64,000 nucleotides of DNA, from IMG/VR virus record IMGVR_UViG_2061766007_000378. The stretch is one strand, 5' to 3'. Origin of the DNA: an uncultured virus (IMG/VR IMGVR_UViG_2061766007_000378). Taxonomy: Duplodnaviria; Heunggongvirae; Uroviricota; Caudoviricetes. Shown piece after piece: positions 25,803 to 37,120 of this stretch (its first letter is position 1; each line of letters begins with the position of its first letter). The notes under the pieces were generated by a model. The model saw nothing but the letters and a program-made list of their open reading frames with translations. It ran no database searches and was not told the origin of the DNA. The position numbers and the translations under genes are program-made.

Positions 25803-26842
25803 AAAAAATTAAAATGGGACTTTATGGAGAACCCGGTGTCGGTAAATCTGTTTTTGCATGTGGGGCGCCACGGCCCTTCTTCATCTGTACTGACGGTAAC
25901 TACGACTGGCTCGAAGACTTCGGTGCTAAAGATGAGGATCATGTACAGGTGTTTTCTTGGGAACAGGCAAAGAAAGAATTTACAAGAGACTTCAGCAACT
26001 ATGATACGATCGTCGTAGACTTGCTTGAAGACCTGTTTAAGATGTGCGAATACGAATATTGCGTACGCAACAAGCTTTCGCATATAAGCGATCAGGGCTA
26101 TGCTAAGGGCTATGATTCAACAAGAACCGAATTCGTAATCGAAATCAGTAAGCTTTTGAATCTTGACAAAAACGTAATTCTTATTATGCATGGCATTACA
26201 ACGTTTCCGAAAGACAGGCGCGGTGTTGAATTTACAAAGTACGCCCCGTCGAATAGACTACCGGATAAAGTTGCAGATCAGATCGAAGGCCGCGTAAGAT
26301 ACTTTGTCAGAGCTTATGCTGCAACCGAAGAAGATGCCGAAGGCAAATTGATCACTAATCGTTATCTGTCATTGTCGCCGGACGGAACAACTGAATATGG
26401 TATTACAAGAGGACTCGTAGGATCTTACCCGAGAGAAATTCCGCTTGATTGGGATACATTTTATAATGTAGTAATCAATGCGTCTCCTACACAGTCAAAA
26501 CCGGAAAAACATGTAGATATTCCTGAAATTCCGAAGCTCGTAGAGAATCCTGCACCGGCAGTTGCCAATGAAGAAAAACCGGCTCGCGGAAGAAGAGCTG
26601 CAGTAAAACCGGCAGAAGCAACAAAAGAAGAACCGGCAGAAAAGACGGCAACTTCTGCAGAAAAAGTTATTGAAGCTCTAAAGCAGAAAATGAATGAAGA
26701 AGCAGAAGTTGAAGCACCCCCTGCTCCTGAAGTACCGGCAGCTGAAGAAAAGAAACCCGTTTCTCCGGCAACCGGATCCGTAGATAACAATGAAAAGCTC
26801 GCTGCAATTAAAGCAAGACTCGCAGCGCTTAAAAATAAATAA
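25799..26842 (+). CDS. Sak4-like (AAA_24) ssDNA-annealing ATPase
   Basis: LYGEPGVGKS, YDTIVVD, VILIMH; Ala/Glu/Pro-rich tail. Confidence 0.85.
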   Translation: MKKIKMGLYGEPGVGKSVFACGAPRPFFICTDGNYDWLEDFGAKDEDHVQVFSWEQAKKEFTRDFSNYDTIVVDLLEDLFKMCEYEYCVRNKLSHISDQGYAKGYDSTRTEFVIEISKLLNLDKNVILIMHGITTFPKDRRGVEFTKYAPSNRLPDKVADQIEGRVRYFVRAYAATEEDAEGKLITNRYLSLSPDGTTEYGITRGLVGSYPREIPLDWDTFYNVVINASPTQSKPEKHVDIPEIPKLVENPAPAVANEEKPARGRRAAVKPAEATKEEPAEKTATSAEKVIEALKQKMNEEAEVEAPPAPEVPAAEEKKPVSPATGSVDNNEKLAAIKARLAALKNK

Positions 26843-26858
26843 AGAGAGGTAATTAATT

Positions 26859-27407
26859 ATGGCAGAAACAAGCATTAATTTTGATAGTTTAAACGCGCTA
26901 CTTAGTAAAGTAAATCTTGATTCGATCACAGCTGATTCTACCGGCGGCTATGACGAATTAAAAGACGGTTACTATCTTTCCGAAGTTGAAAAAGCAGAAC
27001 TTACGGTCAGTAAAAATTCCGGAAATCCGCAAGTTGCGATGACGTTTAAAGTCGTTGAAGACGGCCTTGGATCTTATATCGACGAACGCGGTTTTCAGAA
27101 ATACGCAACAATCGAGCATACAAAGAATCGTAAGATTTTTAAGTATTACCCGCTTGTTACAGAAAAAGACGTCAATCGTTTCGTTTCCGACATGCTGAAA
27201 TTTGAAGGCGATACTCCCGGCGAACCCGTTCTTCCGAAAGAAGCGTTTACAAGAGCTGAGTTTATTGAAGAATCTATTGAAGCGCTTCAGGGCCTTAGAC
27301 TTTATGTTCAGGCATCAACAACCGTTAAGAAAGGGACGGAAGAAAAGCAGACATGGTATAATCTGATTTCGTGGACCAGAGCAACTCAGTTTAATCTTCC
27401 GGTATAA
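26859..27407 (+). CDS. DUF669-like single-stranded DNA-binding protein
   Basis: YDELKDGYY...AELTVSKNSGNPQVAMTFKV, downstream of Sak4. Confidence 0.7.
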   Translation: MAETSINFDSLNALLSKVNLDSITADSTGGYDELKDGYYLSEVEKAELTVSKNSGNPQVAMTFKVVEDGLGSYIDERGFQKYATIEHTKNRKIFKYYPLVTEKDVNRFVSDMLKFEGDTPGEPVLPKEAFTRAEFIEESIEALQGLRLYVQASTTVKKGTEEKQTWYNLISWTRATQFNLPV

Positions 27408-27410
27408 ATT

Positions 27411-28307
27411 ATGAACGCACTTGAAACAGTGGAAAACATTTTAAATAATCCATATCTTACGAATGCAGGATTAAAATTTTGTTTAGTAAGCAAAGATAAA
27501 GTCCCGTATCGTATTGATGGAGAAATGGCACGACCGAATAATGAATCTGATTTTGTAGATTTAGATTCATTATTAATCGATGACTTGGTAAATTATGCCG
27601 GCGTTGGCATATCAATACAAGCGTCTAAGATATGCGCGATAGATGTTGACCACTGTTTCAAGGTTCCTTTTGATGTTAATAGCGGAGACGAACGGGCAAG
27701 CAATATATTAAGACTTTTTAAACCCGTTACATATTGCGAGTTTAGTTTTTCTGGTACAGGATTACGTATACTTTTTAGGCATGATATAATTGATTCATAT
27801 TCAAAATCATATTATATTAAAAATTCAAAATCTGACATTGAATATTATCAACCGGTAAAAACCAGTTTTAGATACGTAACTTTAACCGGCAAATCGATTA
27901 ATTCAATTTCGATTAACAATTGTAATACAGATACTCTTATTCAGTTCTTAAATACATATATGCTAAAACCGGTAAGAGTTTCTGTTAAAACAAATGATCT
28001 TACAGAAAATAATAAAAAATCAATTGATTTGTTATTTGAACTTGTTAAGCATCATTATTTGATTAATATGAATTTTCAAAATGTTTGGTTTTCTCATGCA
28101 CCAGGAAGTAACGCCGATGAATCGGAAAAAGACTTTTTCTTACTTAGCTATATGTATGCACATATAACTACCGATAAAGAAAAATTAAAAGAATTGTTTG
28201 AACGTAGCCCGTATTTTAAATCAAAAGATTACGTGCATCGTAATAAATGGGAATATAATAATTTCAGATATTATAATTATATTTATGAAAGATTAAGCGA
28301 GGGCTGA
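27411..28307 (+). CDS. Primase-polymerase (AEP, NrS-1-like)
   Basis: CAIDVDHC, EFSFSGTGLRI, RYVTLTG, DESEKDF helical-bundle motif. Confidence 0.8.
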   Translation: MNALETVENILNNPYLTNAGLKFCLVSKDKVPYRIDGEMARPNNESDFVDLDSLLIDDLVNYAGVGISIQASKICAIDVDHCFKVPFDVNSGDERASNILRLFKPVTYCEFSFSGTGLRILFRHDIIDSYSKSYYIKNSKSDIEYYQPVKTSFRYVTLTGKSINSISINNCNTDTLIQFLNTYMLKPVRVSVKTNDLTENNKKSIDLLFELVKHHYLINMNFQNVWFSHAPGSNADESEKDFFLLSYMYAHITTDKEKLKELFERSPYFKSKDYVHRNKWEYNNFRYYNYIYERLSEG

Positions 28308-28308
28308 T

Positions 28309-28641
28309 ATGAATAATTCGGATTTTACAAAAGTAGTTGAAGATCAGTTAGATTACTGTAAATCTTTATTGATCGACAAATCAAAAGAATATGATTTTGG
28401 GAGTGATCGTTTACATAGCTTTAAAGTAGCTGCGGATCTTCTTAAATCAACCCCAAAGGAAGCTTTACTTGGATATCTTACAAAACATATAATCAGCGTA
28501 TACGATATGTGTAAAAGTAATGAGCGATTTCCTATTGAAAAATGGGATGAAAAAATAACGGATTGTATTAATTACTTTCTGTTATTAAAAGGACTTATTG
28601 TCGAAGAACATATTTCACGCGGGGTGCCTGCGCATGAATAA
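28309..28641 (+). CDS. All-helical nucleotide-modification-associated / MazG-like protein
   Basis: KSKEY...DRLHSF...KH...EKITDCINY pattern. Confidence 0.55.
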   Translation: MNNSDFTKVVEDQLDYCKSLLIDKSKEYDFGSDRLHSFKVAADLLKSTPKEALLGYLTKHIISVYDMCKSNERFPIEKWDEKITDCINYFLLLKGLIVEEHISRGVPAHE

Positions 28642-29389
28642 AATAGAAGTAAAAATATTAAATCCGGAAGCCGTTGAAGAAGCATCGAAAATGATGGTAT
28701 GCGCGGCAAGACTTACTCAATCTGGGCATAAGATCAAAAATATGCAAGACTTTATTGAGCTTTATAATAAACCGTATAAAGAATCAACGAAGCAAGCGAT
28801 GAGTAATCTTTCTCATAATACGATCAAACGTTTTTCTACAATCAATGTTGTAATTACCGGAGCGTCAAGAAGATTCTTAGCTCAGATTACAAGGCATCAA
28901 GCCGGTATTACGTTTATGTCAGCAAGTCTTCAGTATTCGGATTATAGTAATTCGTCAGACTTTTGCGTTCCGTATTCTATCCTTGAACAGGGTGACCAGT
29001 ATATAGATCCATATATTACGTCCTGTAAAAAAGCGATGCAGAATTATGAAGCGGCAATAAAATGTGGCGTCGATCATGATGCTGCCGGATATATGGCCCC
29101 GCAGGGACTTCGTAATATATTGATTATATCGGCAAATCCTCTTGCATGGATGCAGATGATTTCTGCAAGAGTATGCCGGCGTAATACAAAAGAAACCCAA
29201 TACGTTATGCTTAAAATATGGGAAGAGCTTTATAAGCTTGATCCTATTATGTTTAGCTATAAAAATTGCGGGCCAAAATGTTGTAATGAAGGATCTTTCT
29301 CATGTGGTAATCCGCTTAATGGAATGACGCCGGAAGAAATTTTACGAAAGGATTTTCCATTATTTTATGAAAATAAAATTACTGAATAA
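28634..29389 (+). CDS. thyX: FAD-dependent thymidylate synthase
   Basis: SRRFLAQITRH...SASLQY, AAGYMAPQG, RVCRR motifs. Confidence 0.85.
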   Translation: MNKIEVKILNPEAVEEASKMMVCAARLTQSGHKIKNMQDFIELYNKPYKESTKQAMSNLSHNTIKRFSTINVVITGASRRFLAQITRHQAGITFMSASLQYSDYSNSSDFCVPYSILEQGDQYIDPYITSCKKAMQNYEAAIKCGVDHDAAGYMAPQGLRNILIISANPLAWMQMISARVCRRNTKETQYVMLKIWEELYKLDPIMFSYKNCGPKCCNEGSFSCGNPLNGMTPEEILRKDFPLFYENKITE

Positions 29390-29777
29390 CGCTAAACCGC
29401 CTAAAAAACAGAGGCCAGGAGACTGCGGCTGGGATCTCTATCTTAACGAAGACGTTACTATGCCGCCCCATGAAACGACAGTTGTTGATACGAATATCTG
29501 TCTTGAAATACCGAGTGGTTATGTCGGGCAACTTGCTATAAGAAGCTCGATTGCGATGCAGGGATTGATTCTTCAGAATCCATTGATCGATTCTAATTAT
29601 CGTGGTCAGTTCAGATGTATTTTCTATAATGCAACAGATAAACCGATGAATTTCAAAAAAGATGAACGGATCTGTTCATTATACTGTTTCCCGTATTTAC
29701 AAGAAGATCTTGTAATTGTTGATGAATTATCTGCAACCGACCGTGGTGATTCTTGGAATGGAAGTTCTGGAAAATGA
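29367..29777 (+). CDS. dut: dUTP diphosphatase
   Basis: GWDL, RSS, IDSNYRG, RGDSWNGSSG motifs. Confidence 0.9.
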   Translation: MKIKLLNNAKPPKKQRPGDCGWDLYLNEDVTMPPHETTVVDTNICLEIPSGYVGQLAIRSSIAMQGLILQNPLIDSNYRGQFRCIFYNATDKPMNFKKDERICSLYCFPYLQEDLVIVDELSATDRGDSWNGSSGK

Positions 29778-31555
29778 AACTCATAATTTATGATCTTGAA
29801 ACTTATCGATATGATTTTTTATTCGGAAGTTTAATATTAGAAGATGGAAAAGAAACCGTATATCAAACTTGGGATATAAATGATATTAAACAGTTTTATA
29901 ATGATCATAAAGACGATTCTATTTTTATCGGATGGAACAGTAAATATTACGATAACATTGTACTTGAAGCAGCAATAAACGGCAAAGATCCGTATTTAAT
30001 GAGTAAGAAAATAATTGAAGACGACCACGGAATATGGTGCCATCTTCGGTTTTATACTTATGATGCAATGAATACGGGATTTGGTAATATGTATTCATTA
30101 AAATTAACTGAGTTGATATCCGGTAAATCGATTGATACAACGGAGGTTGATTTTGATGTAGATAGAAAATTAACCGAAGATGAAAAACGTAAAGTAGAAA
30201 AGTATAACCGATCGGATTTATATCAGACGCTTTATAATTTTAAAGTCGTTTACGACCAGTTTGAGTTAAGACTTGGTATTATAAAAGACTGGAACCTTGA
30301 TCTTATGAAGTGTCTTGATATGACCGGGGCTCAAATCGCGGCGGAAGTTCTTCAAGCGAAAAAAGATCCTTCACTTGAATATAAACCGATTAAACCAAAA
30401 ATATATGATACGTTACGTCTTGAAAATAAAGATGCTATTGATTTTTATTTGACAGAACAATTCCGTGTACAAGGCGCATATCGTATTATTAAAATAGGAA
30501 ACGCTGAGCTTAAACTTGCTGCAGGCGGTATTCATCAGGCCATCAAGCATTGTTATTATCCTCGCTTACTTTATTTGGATGTCAGCGGATATTATAATCT
30601 TGTGGAAATAAACTTAAACCTATTTTCAAGAACGATTTCTCCAGAAGGCGTTAGAAGATACATTATGATGTATGAACAGCAGCTTGAATTGAAGAAAATC
30701 GATCCGTCAAGTCCAAAACGTAAGCAGTTTAAAACGTTGTTATTATCTGTTTTTGGTGCGCAAGGACATGAAGGATCTCCGTTTTATGATCCATACGTTT
30801 GTAAATTGATACCAATAACTGGAGAGTTATTCCTTCTTGATTTGCTTGAAAAAATATGCGATCTATGTACTATTGTACAATCTAATACCGATGGTATTAT
30901 GATCCATCCAAATTCCGATGAAGATGAAAAAGAAATATTACGAATCCTTGACGATTGGCTGAAACGGACCAAATTTGTTATTAAGCCTAAATATATTTAT
31001 AATTTATATCAACGCGATGTAAATAATTATATTTATCAAGATGAACATGGTAATATCGAAACAAAAGGCGAAATTAAGAATTATGAATTTTCAGATGCAT
31101 CTTATGCTTCAGGAGATAATTTCAATTCAAAAGAGCCGTCGATAATTGCCAAAGGATTAGTAGAATTTCTTATCAATGAATCAAGTCCAGAAGAAACAGT
31201 CGAAAAATATAAAACTGATTTACGGTTATTCCAGTATGCATGTAAGAAAGGGGGATTTAAGTATTTAACGTACGATACTACATATTTTCCTAATATGGAA
31301 ACAAGTAGTTATCAGATCCAAAGCCCGTCAAGAGTATTCGCATTAAAATCAGACAACCAATCTGGAATGGTTTATAAACACGGGATTAATAAAAAATCCG
31401 GGGTTGAAAGTAAAGCAAAAGTTTCAAATCTTCCAGATAGTGTATTTGTGTATAATAAAGATATCTTGAACGCTTATGAAGAACTAAAAGATAAAATCGA
31501 TTATTCTTATTACATAGATAAAATCTATGATAAGATAAATAAATTTATAGGATGA
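29774..31555 (+). CDS. Family B DNA polymerase with 3'-5' exonuclease
   Basis: YDLET, GWNSKYYD, YNRSD (exonuclease); DVSGYY, KTLLLSVFG, SNTDG (polymerase). Confidence 0.9.
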   Translation: MKLIIYDLETYRYDFLFGSLILEDGKETVYQTWDINDIKQFYNDHKDDSIFIGWNSKYYDNIVLEAAINGKDPYLMSKKIIEDDHGIWCHLRFYTYDAMNTGFGNMYSLKLTELISGKSIDTTEVDFDVDRKLTEDEKRKVEKYNRSDLYQTLYNFKVVYDQFELRLGIIKDWNLDLMKCLDMTGAQIAAEVLQAKKDPSLEYKPIKPKIYDTLRLENKDAIDFYLTEQFRVQGAYRIIKIGNAELKLAAGGIHQAIKHCYYPRLLYLDVSGYYNLVEINLNLFSRTISPEGVRRYIMMYEQQLELKKIDPSSPKRKQFKTLLLSVFGAQGHEGSPFYDPYVCKLIPITGELFLLDLLEKICDLCTIVQSNTDGIMIHPNSDEDEKEILRILDDWLKRTKFVIKPKYIYNLYQRDVNNYIYQDEHGNIETKGEIKNYEFSDASYASGDNFNSKEPSIIAKGLVEFLINESSPEETVEKYKTDLRLFQYACKKGGFKYLTYDTTYFPNMETSSYQIQSPSRVFALKSDNQSGMVYKHGINKKSGVESKAKVSNLPDSVFVYNKDILNAYEELKDKIDYSYYIDKIYDKINKFIG

Positions 31556-31564
31556 GGTAATATT

Positions 31565-31966
31565 ATGGCAAATTTTAATCTTGAATCTGGTATCGCAAAA
31601 CTTTATGAGTTAAAGACAGAAATCGAAAGAAGTATTGAAAACCTTGAAACGCTTGAAAAACAATATGACGCGCTTCATGACTTGGTTGAATCAAGTGATA
31701 AAAAGGATTCACTTCCTCCCCCGTTCCTTGATGGGTTAAGTTCTTATAAACAGGAAACCATTACACAGAGGGCAAAACTTTCTGATCGTTTATCGTATAT
31801 TAAGACACTTATCGATAAGTATGAAAAGAAAGACCATGACGGTCGTCTTGTTGATACGATCGTTACGCTTGCTATGGCTTCGCTTGGGATAATCGGAGAA
31901 CCTCAGGAAGCTGAAGAAGAAACAGAAGAAGCTGCTGAAGAAGCTACCGAAGAAAAAACAGAATAA
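31565..31966 (+). CDS. Coiled-coil hypothetical protein
   Basis: GAGG RBS, acidic tail. Confidence 0.65.
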   Translation: MANFNLESGIAKLYELKTEIERSIENLETLEKQYDALHDLVESSDKKDSLPPPFLDGLSSYKQETITQRAKLSDRLSYIKTLIDKYEKKDHDGRLVDTIVTLAMASLGIIGEPQEAEEETEEAAEEATEEKTE

Positions 31967-31972
31967 AATAAT

Positions 31973-31991
31973 GGGGTAGATTTTCTACCCC
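31973..31991 (+). terminator. Hairpin, possible terminator before the terminase
   Basis: ggggtaga-ttt-tctacccc followed by ttatt. Confidence 0.55.
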
Positions 31992-32006
31992 TTATTGTGC
32001 TTTAAT

Positions 32007-34049
32007 ATGCAAGATTATAGAAAGATAACGCCTTTACAAAAAATTTTATATCGTGAGCTTTATAAGAAAGATTTCTATGAGTTTACGAAGGCATTCTGGG
32101 AATGCGCAGATCCTGCGCCGCTAATCGATGGAATATTGATTCAGATTTACTGTGAGATCTTTCAGTACATGTGTCGGTGGTGGATTCCTTATGAGCCAAA
32201 AGAGATTGATGTACCGGAAATATCAGATGATATAGACGTAATCAATGTAACGGCAAATCCATTAGTTCACAACTGTAACATCAATATTCCGCCGTCGCAC
32301 TCTAAATCAATGGTTCTAAATGTTCTTGCCGGATGCTGGATTTGGATCAATCAGCCGTTACAAGTGGCATCAATTTCTCATACCGGTGATTTAGCGATAA
32401 CGATGAATAAGAAACGGCAGAATCTTTTGAATTCGGAGAAATTCAAATTTTTCTTTCCCGAGATCGAACTTGTTACAAACACGGCGTACTCTCTTGAAGA
32501 TTCTCGCGGTGGAGAACTGTACTCCATTAACCGTAACGCTATGACAGGTTACCATGCGAGTATCATCATTAATGATGATATTACGAACGCTCGTGTGGCT
32601 AACAGAGATAAGCAGGAGAACCAGAACGCTTGGGATTACTTCCGCGATACAATGCCGTCTCGTATATCGGATCCGTCAAAGTGTGCGATCCTTAATATTC
32701 AGCAGAGACTTGCGCCGAACGATATTACGGGTCATATTTTAAATGACGCAAAGTTGAGCGCTCAGTACAACTTTATTACGCTTCCGGCTATTTTTGAGAA
32801 AACAACTTATGTCGTACTCCCAATTTCTGGCAAGGTGATCTGCTTTGAAAAGGGAAGCTATCTATGGCCAGAACGGTTTGGAAATTACGAGGGCCTTCGC
32901 GAACAGGTCGGTGAATCTGTTTTTCAGACGCAGTATTTACAGAAGCCCGTTGCATCCGATCGTACAATCATTAAGGAAGAAATGATTATCGAGAAAGATG
33001 GTTGCGATGTTCCCGATATTTCTCAGGCAGATATGGTCTATGCTTCCCATGACTTCCCAGTTAAAGACAAAGATAGTTCTGACTTTTTGGGTTCCGTTCT
33101 CGGCTACAGAGTTGGAACAACGCTCTATATTCGGGATTGTCTTGAAAAGAAAATGGCGTTCATTGCTTCCGTTGAGTATGTCAAGAACCTTGATAACGCG
33201 TATCGAGGAATCGTTCAAATCATCGAAGACAAAGCGAACGGTACTCCGATAATTGAGCAAGTGTCGGATGAAGTTGCAGGAGTTCAAGCATTTCAGCCGG
33301 GAACGCAATCAAAAATGCAAAGACTTGAATCGGCATCGATTTATATGGCTGCTGGTAATATCGTTCTTATTAGATCTAAGTTTAATAAATTAACATCCGC
33401 ATATGAATTACCGGAATCACTAAAAACACTTAGGCAGCGATTGCTCGCGTTTCCGTTCCTTGAACACGACGACGTGGTTGACGCATTCAGCCAGCTCGTT
33501 CTATTTGTCTTTATGGATCGGCGCTATATGGTCTATGGGAGATCATTTACGGAATACAATGTTGTTGATTGTACTCAATCGCAATACAAGTGTAACTATT
33601 CAACTACTTTCTTTAATAAAGAAGGTGATATTTGGAAAGTTGTTGATATCGGCGTACAATATTCTGAAGTAACTCGATTAATCGTTTTACGTGAGACTTT
33701 ATTTAAAGCGTCATTACAAAATGGATTAAAGAAATTAAAGGAATTCTCTCCCGATAAGAATGTCTTTATTGACGGATCCGCAACGGACGCTTTGACTGGC
33801 ATTTACACCGATGACGTTACGATTGAGCGGTATTCTGAAAGTGATTTCGGGCAGTCCGTAGCGCAACTTAATTTGGCATTTGCAAACAAAAAGATATTGG
33901 TCGATCAGAATTGTAAGCTCTTGAAAGCAGATATTGACAACTTTAAGTACGACAAAACAAAAGAAGGGCAAGCAAAGTTCAAGACTGAAAAGGACGGATA
34001 TATCGCTTGCTTGCGTAGTGCTATTAAGTATTACGGTGGTATTAATTAA
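32007..34049 (+). CDS. terL: Terminase large subunit
   Basis: INIPPSHSKS P-loop, IINDD Walker B, IQQRL, FQTQYLQKP, IEDKANG, HDDVVDA nuclease motif. Confidence 0.9.
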   Translation: MQDYRKITPLQKILYRELYKKDFYEFTKAFWECADPAPLIDGILIQIYCEIFQYMCRWWIPYEPKEIDVPEISDDIDVINVTANPLVHNCNINIPPSHSKSMVLNVLAGCWIWINQPLQVASISHTGDLAITMNKKRQNLLNSEKFKFFFPEIELVTNTAYSLEDSRGGELYSINRNAMTGYHASIIINDDITNARVANRDKQENQNAWDYFRDTMPSRISDPSKCAILNIQQRLAPNDITGHILNDAKLSAQYNFITLPAIFEKTTYVVLPISGKVICFEKGSYLWPERFGNYEGLREQVGESVFQTQYLQKPVASDRTIIKEEMIIEKDGCDVPDISQADMVYASHDFPVKDKDSSDFLGSVLGYRVGTTLYIRDCLEKKMAFIASVEYVKNLDNAYRGIVQIIEDKANGTPIIEQVSDEVAGVQAFQPGTQSKMQRLESASIYMAAGNIVLIRSKFNKLTSAYELPESLKTLRQRLLAFPFLEHDDVVDAFSQLVLFVFMDRRYMVYGRSFTEYNVVDCTQSQYKCNYSTTFFNKEGDIWKVVDIGVQYSEVTRLIVLRETLFKASLQNGLKKLKEFSPDKNVFIDGSATDALTGIYTDDVTIERYSESDFGQSVAQLNLAFANKKILVDQNCKLLKADIDNFKYDKTKEGQAKFKTEKDGYIACLRSAIKYYGGIN

Positions 34050-34052
34050 ATT

Positions 34053-34086
34053 GAACCCCTGAGTAATTCAGGGGTTCTTTTTTTTA
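34053..34086. terminator. Intrinsic terminator between convergent replication and virion blocks
   Basis: gaacccctga-gtaat-tcaggggttc followed by a T-run. Confidence 0.8.
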
Positions 34087-36562
34087 CATTTGTTTCCAAT
34101 ACTGAACCATGTCGATCACTCCGCTGTTGTTGATGGTGATCGTGTTGGAGGTTTCCTCCATTGTCTCGAGGGCCAGGAGCGCGGCTCCCATAGCGGAGGA
34201 GGTTATGTCTGTCCAAACAGGAGAGGAGAGGGGATAGTAAAGCATAACGCCAGATTGGTCGTTTCCAAAGGTCGTTGGATTGGTATATGCGAGATTCTTG
34301 ACTTGCACCTCGTTCCCGTTTAGTATTGCACAATGCAGGTCGTATGGGTCGTCATTTAATTGCGCCGCTGATGCTTTGATGTAATTCGTGCAAAGAATAT
34401 CCCCTACCGCGCTTGACGATACATAGGCAACATTGTTGAGGGCTGCGTAAAACTTTTTAGACGCAGAGCTATATGACCACGAACGAGTTGACAAGTCCAA
34501 TCTCCCCACCTGTTGCTTTAACATCACCCTTCCGAACGCCGTTCCTGCAACGAACGCATCTCCGTCACTTGCAATGAATGTATCATCCACAAGGTTATAG
34601 AAGCCGACCGCATCGTCCGACTTGCGTTTGCAAGGAACGAGGTCATAGACGAGCGTTGCATTGTCCCAAATCTTGCAGGAGTATATATTCGCCTTGATGT
34701 ACTGAATGGACGGTCTTGTACCGTAATGCAGGCAGAACAGGTACAGGTTGCCGCTTCCATATGAAGATTCCGAGGATGCGCCGACACTATACGATGTTCC
34801 GTTTACTCGCATATATCTATTGCCGTAAACATTCGATGCTTCGACCCTTGACCGCCCAATCAATCCTGTGATAGAGGCAGGCGTTGCGGTGTTGCCATAG
34901 CCGATATAGAGTTGCGTGTTGCCATTGACATTATTGATATTAAACCAATTTCGGCAATACGGTTCGCTTACATTCTGAAAGCCGATGATACAAGCGGAGT
35001 CAGTGTTCGTGTTTGTCTTTTCGATGTCAATATCAATCTTGAAGCCGTTGTCGAACGAACGCCCTGTGCTGATATACTGTGACCCCGTTGCCTCAACATA
35101 GAGTAGTCGTTGATAGCCGCTCGGAATGTCGGAACAGTTGACATATAGCTCGTCCTTATCTGTCAATCCTGCGAGGTAAACGCTTGCGGAGTTGGTATCT
35201 TGTCCGTCCGTGATTGAAATGAGCGTTGAGTTGACGATAGGCACGGGATAGTTCGGGCTCGGCGTGGCTTCCGTTCCCTCCGTAAATGTAACGGCATTCC
35301 CGTCTTGGTCTGTCGGAGTGAGCCAGGATGCAAGAGTCAAGGGAGAACCGGCGGTGAAAGGCGCAACATAAGAATTGCCAAGTTGATACTGTATTATCAG
35401 CCCATCTAATGCTGCCTGCGCCTCGGCAAGTGTTGTAGTCGTCGAAAAGCCGAACCATATTTGAGTTTGGGATGCGCCCGTTGCGTAAGTCCCTATATGA
35501 GCGGCGGATGACCAGTCGTCAACGAGTTGAGTCCACCCACCATTATTTAGCAGGGGAATGTTAGTATATCCGCCGTATCCATACATATTGGCAGGGNNNN
35601 NNNNNNNNNNNNNNNNNNNNNNNNNNATCTGTATATGATCTCAAGAGCGACACATTCGCTGCCGCAATTGTAAGGACGCCGACTTTCCTCGTCCCTCTGC
35701 TATTACTTGCCCACTCATCATATACGCTTCCAGCGCTTCTCAAATCAACGCTGACGGTCTGTCCGCCGAGCGTGATGGAGGAGATGGAATGAATTGCTCC
35801 TGTGGTGTAGGCAACATAGTCAGCAAAGAACGGATAGTCTGCCAAGAACGCGGATACTGTCGCAGGTTCGTTGCCTGCGCCGTAGATGGTTGTCAAGTCA
35901 ACAAGCATTACATTTTTGATGAGTGTTGAATCCCATCCACCACTTCTGTTGTCGCCTATGACAATAGCACCGCTTCCGCTCGTTTGAGTAAAAGTAAATA
36001 TGACTTGTCTTGCTTGCCAATCCGTTGTTGCGGCACTCGTTCCGATAGTTTGGTTGCTATCCTTTGTGTACATAATGTATGTGCCTGTGTGAGCAGATGA
36101 TTGCTTGATAGCACAGAGAAACACATACTTATGCCCGTTTACGAATGGAATGTATCTCTGCGTAATTCGCCCATATTGTGCCGAAGCGGTAAAGGTTGCT
36201 ACATTATCGCTTGCTGTCAATGTTGAGGTCGAGGCATCCCAATTCGATGTGCCTACAAAGTCCCCATTGTGAATAAGTTGGTTATATACCTTGCTCTTGC
36301 CTTGACAGGTATATTTCGGCACGCTTGCCGCCGCCTGCGTGGAGTTGCCTTTTGCAAGGATGGAGATGATTTTTTGATGCAACGGATTGAGCAGAGTTCC
36401 AGATACAGATTCTGCTATTTTACCAAAATCATAAGTTTCATGATTAATAACATCAACGAGTTTAGAAATTGGAGAATCATTTGGCCCGTATTTTGTTATT
36501 TCATAATAACCAGATGGAGATTTTGAAGTATTCAAATGTACCCTAGTACAGATTTTATTCAT
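34084..36562 (-). CDS. Tail fibre / receptor-binding protein with lectin/CBM-like modules (probably one gene split by a 30-N gap)
   Basis: NQLIHNGDF CBM-like module, YVEATGSQYISTG...DLVPCKRKSD...GFYNLV module, LQYQL/LYYPL repeats. Confidence 0.7.
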
Positions 36563-36565
36563 ACA

Positions 36566-37108
36566 TTAATCTCCTTGCAGAGTAATCGTATAGGTATCGT
36601 ATCCAAGTTCTTGACCGTCTTGATTTTGAGTTACCGTCCATCCCTGAGCAAATTTTACCCAACCGCTAACATTAACTCCATTATTCCAATATGTGTATTC
36701 CCATCTATAAGGGGCAATGCTTCCGCTTGTAACTGTAACATGAATAACTTTCCCAGATGTTCCTTCTCCGTCAATAACTTCTACAACGGCATCAACATTG
36801 ACCAAATTTTGATCAGGAAGATCACTACAAGTAAGTTCTCCAAGGTAAACTTTTGCTGCGACCGCGCTTGCATCGCTATTAACTGAATCGCAAAACTGTT
36901 TGATCGTTCCGTCGATTACCCAGCTTGAATTAAATGGAAGATATGTTTTAATGGCATAATTTGTTCCGTTTACTCCAATTCCGGCAAGAGCAGCTTCATT
37001 TCCGCTAAGCGTAGGATTTGCATCAACTTCAGATCCAATATCCGTCATAATTGCGGAAAATGTAAACGTTCCAAGTGCGTTTGTAACTACAATACTATCT
37101 TTTGACAT
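36566..37108 (-). CDS. Virion-associated hypothetical protein
   Basis: Shares the ANPTLxGxEAxLxG motif with 39336..40193. Confidence 0.6.
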   Translation of the reverse strand: MSKDSIVVTNALGTFTFSAIMTDIGSEVDANPTLSGNEAALAGIGVNGTNYAIKTYLPFNSSWVIDGTIKQFCDSVNSDASAVAAKVYLGELTCSDLPDQNLVNVDAVVEVIDGEGTSGKVIHVTVTSGSIAPYRWEYTYWNNGVNVSGWVKFAQGWTVTQNQDGQELGYDTYTITLQGD

Positions 37109-37120
37109 CGTTAATCTCCT

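Noticed and set aside
28309..29777. Hypermodified-base pathway
   Set aside because: ThyX and dUTPase supply ordinary dTTP; no base-modifying enzymes are recognisable, and the small helical protein alone is not enough evidence
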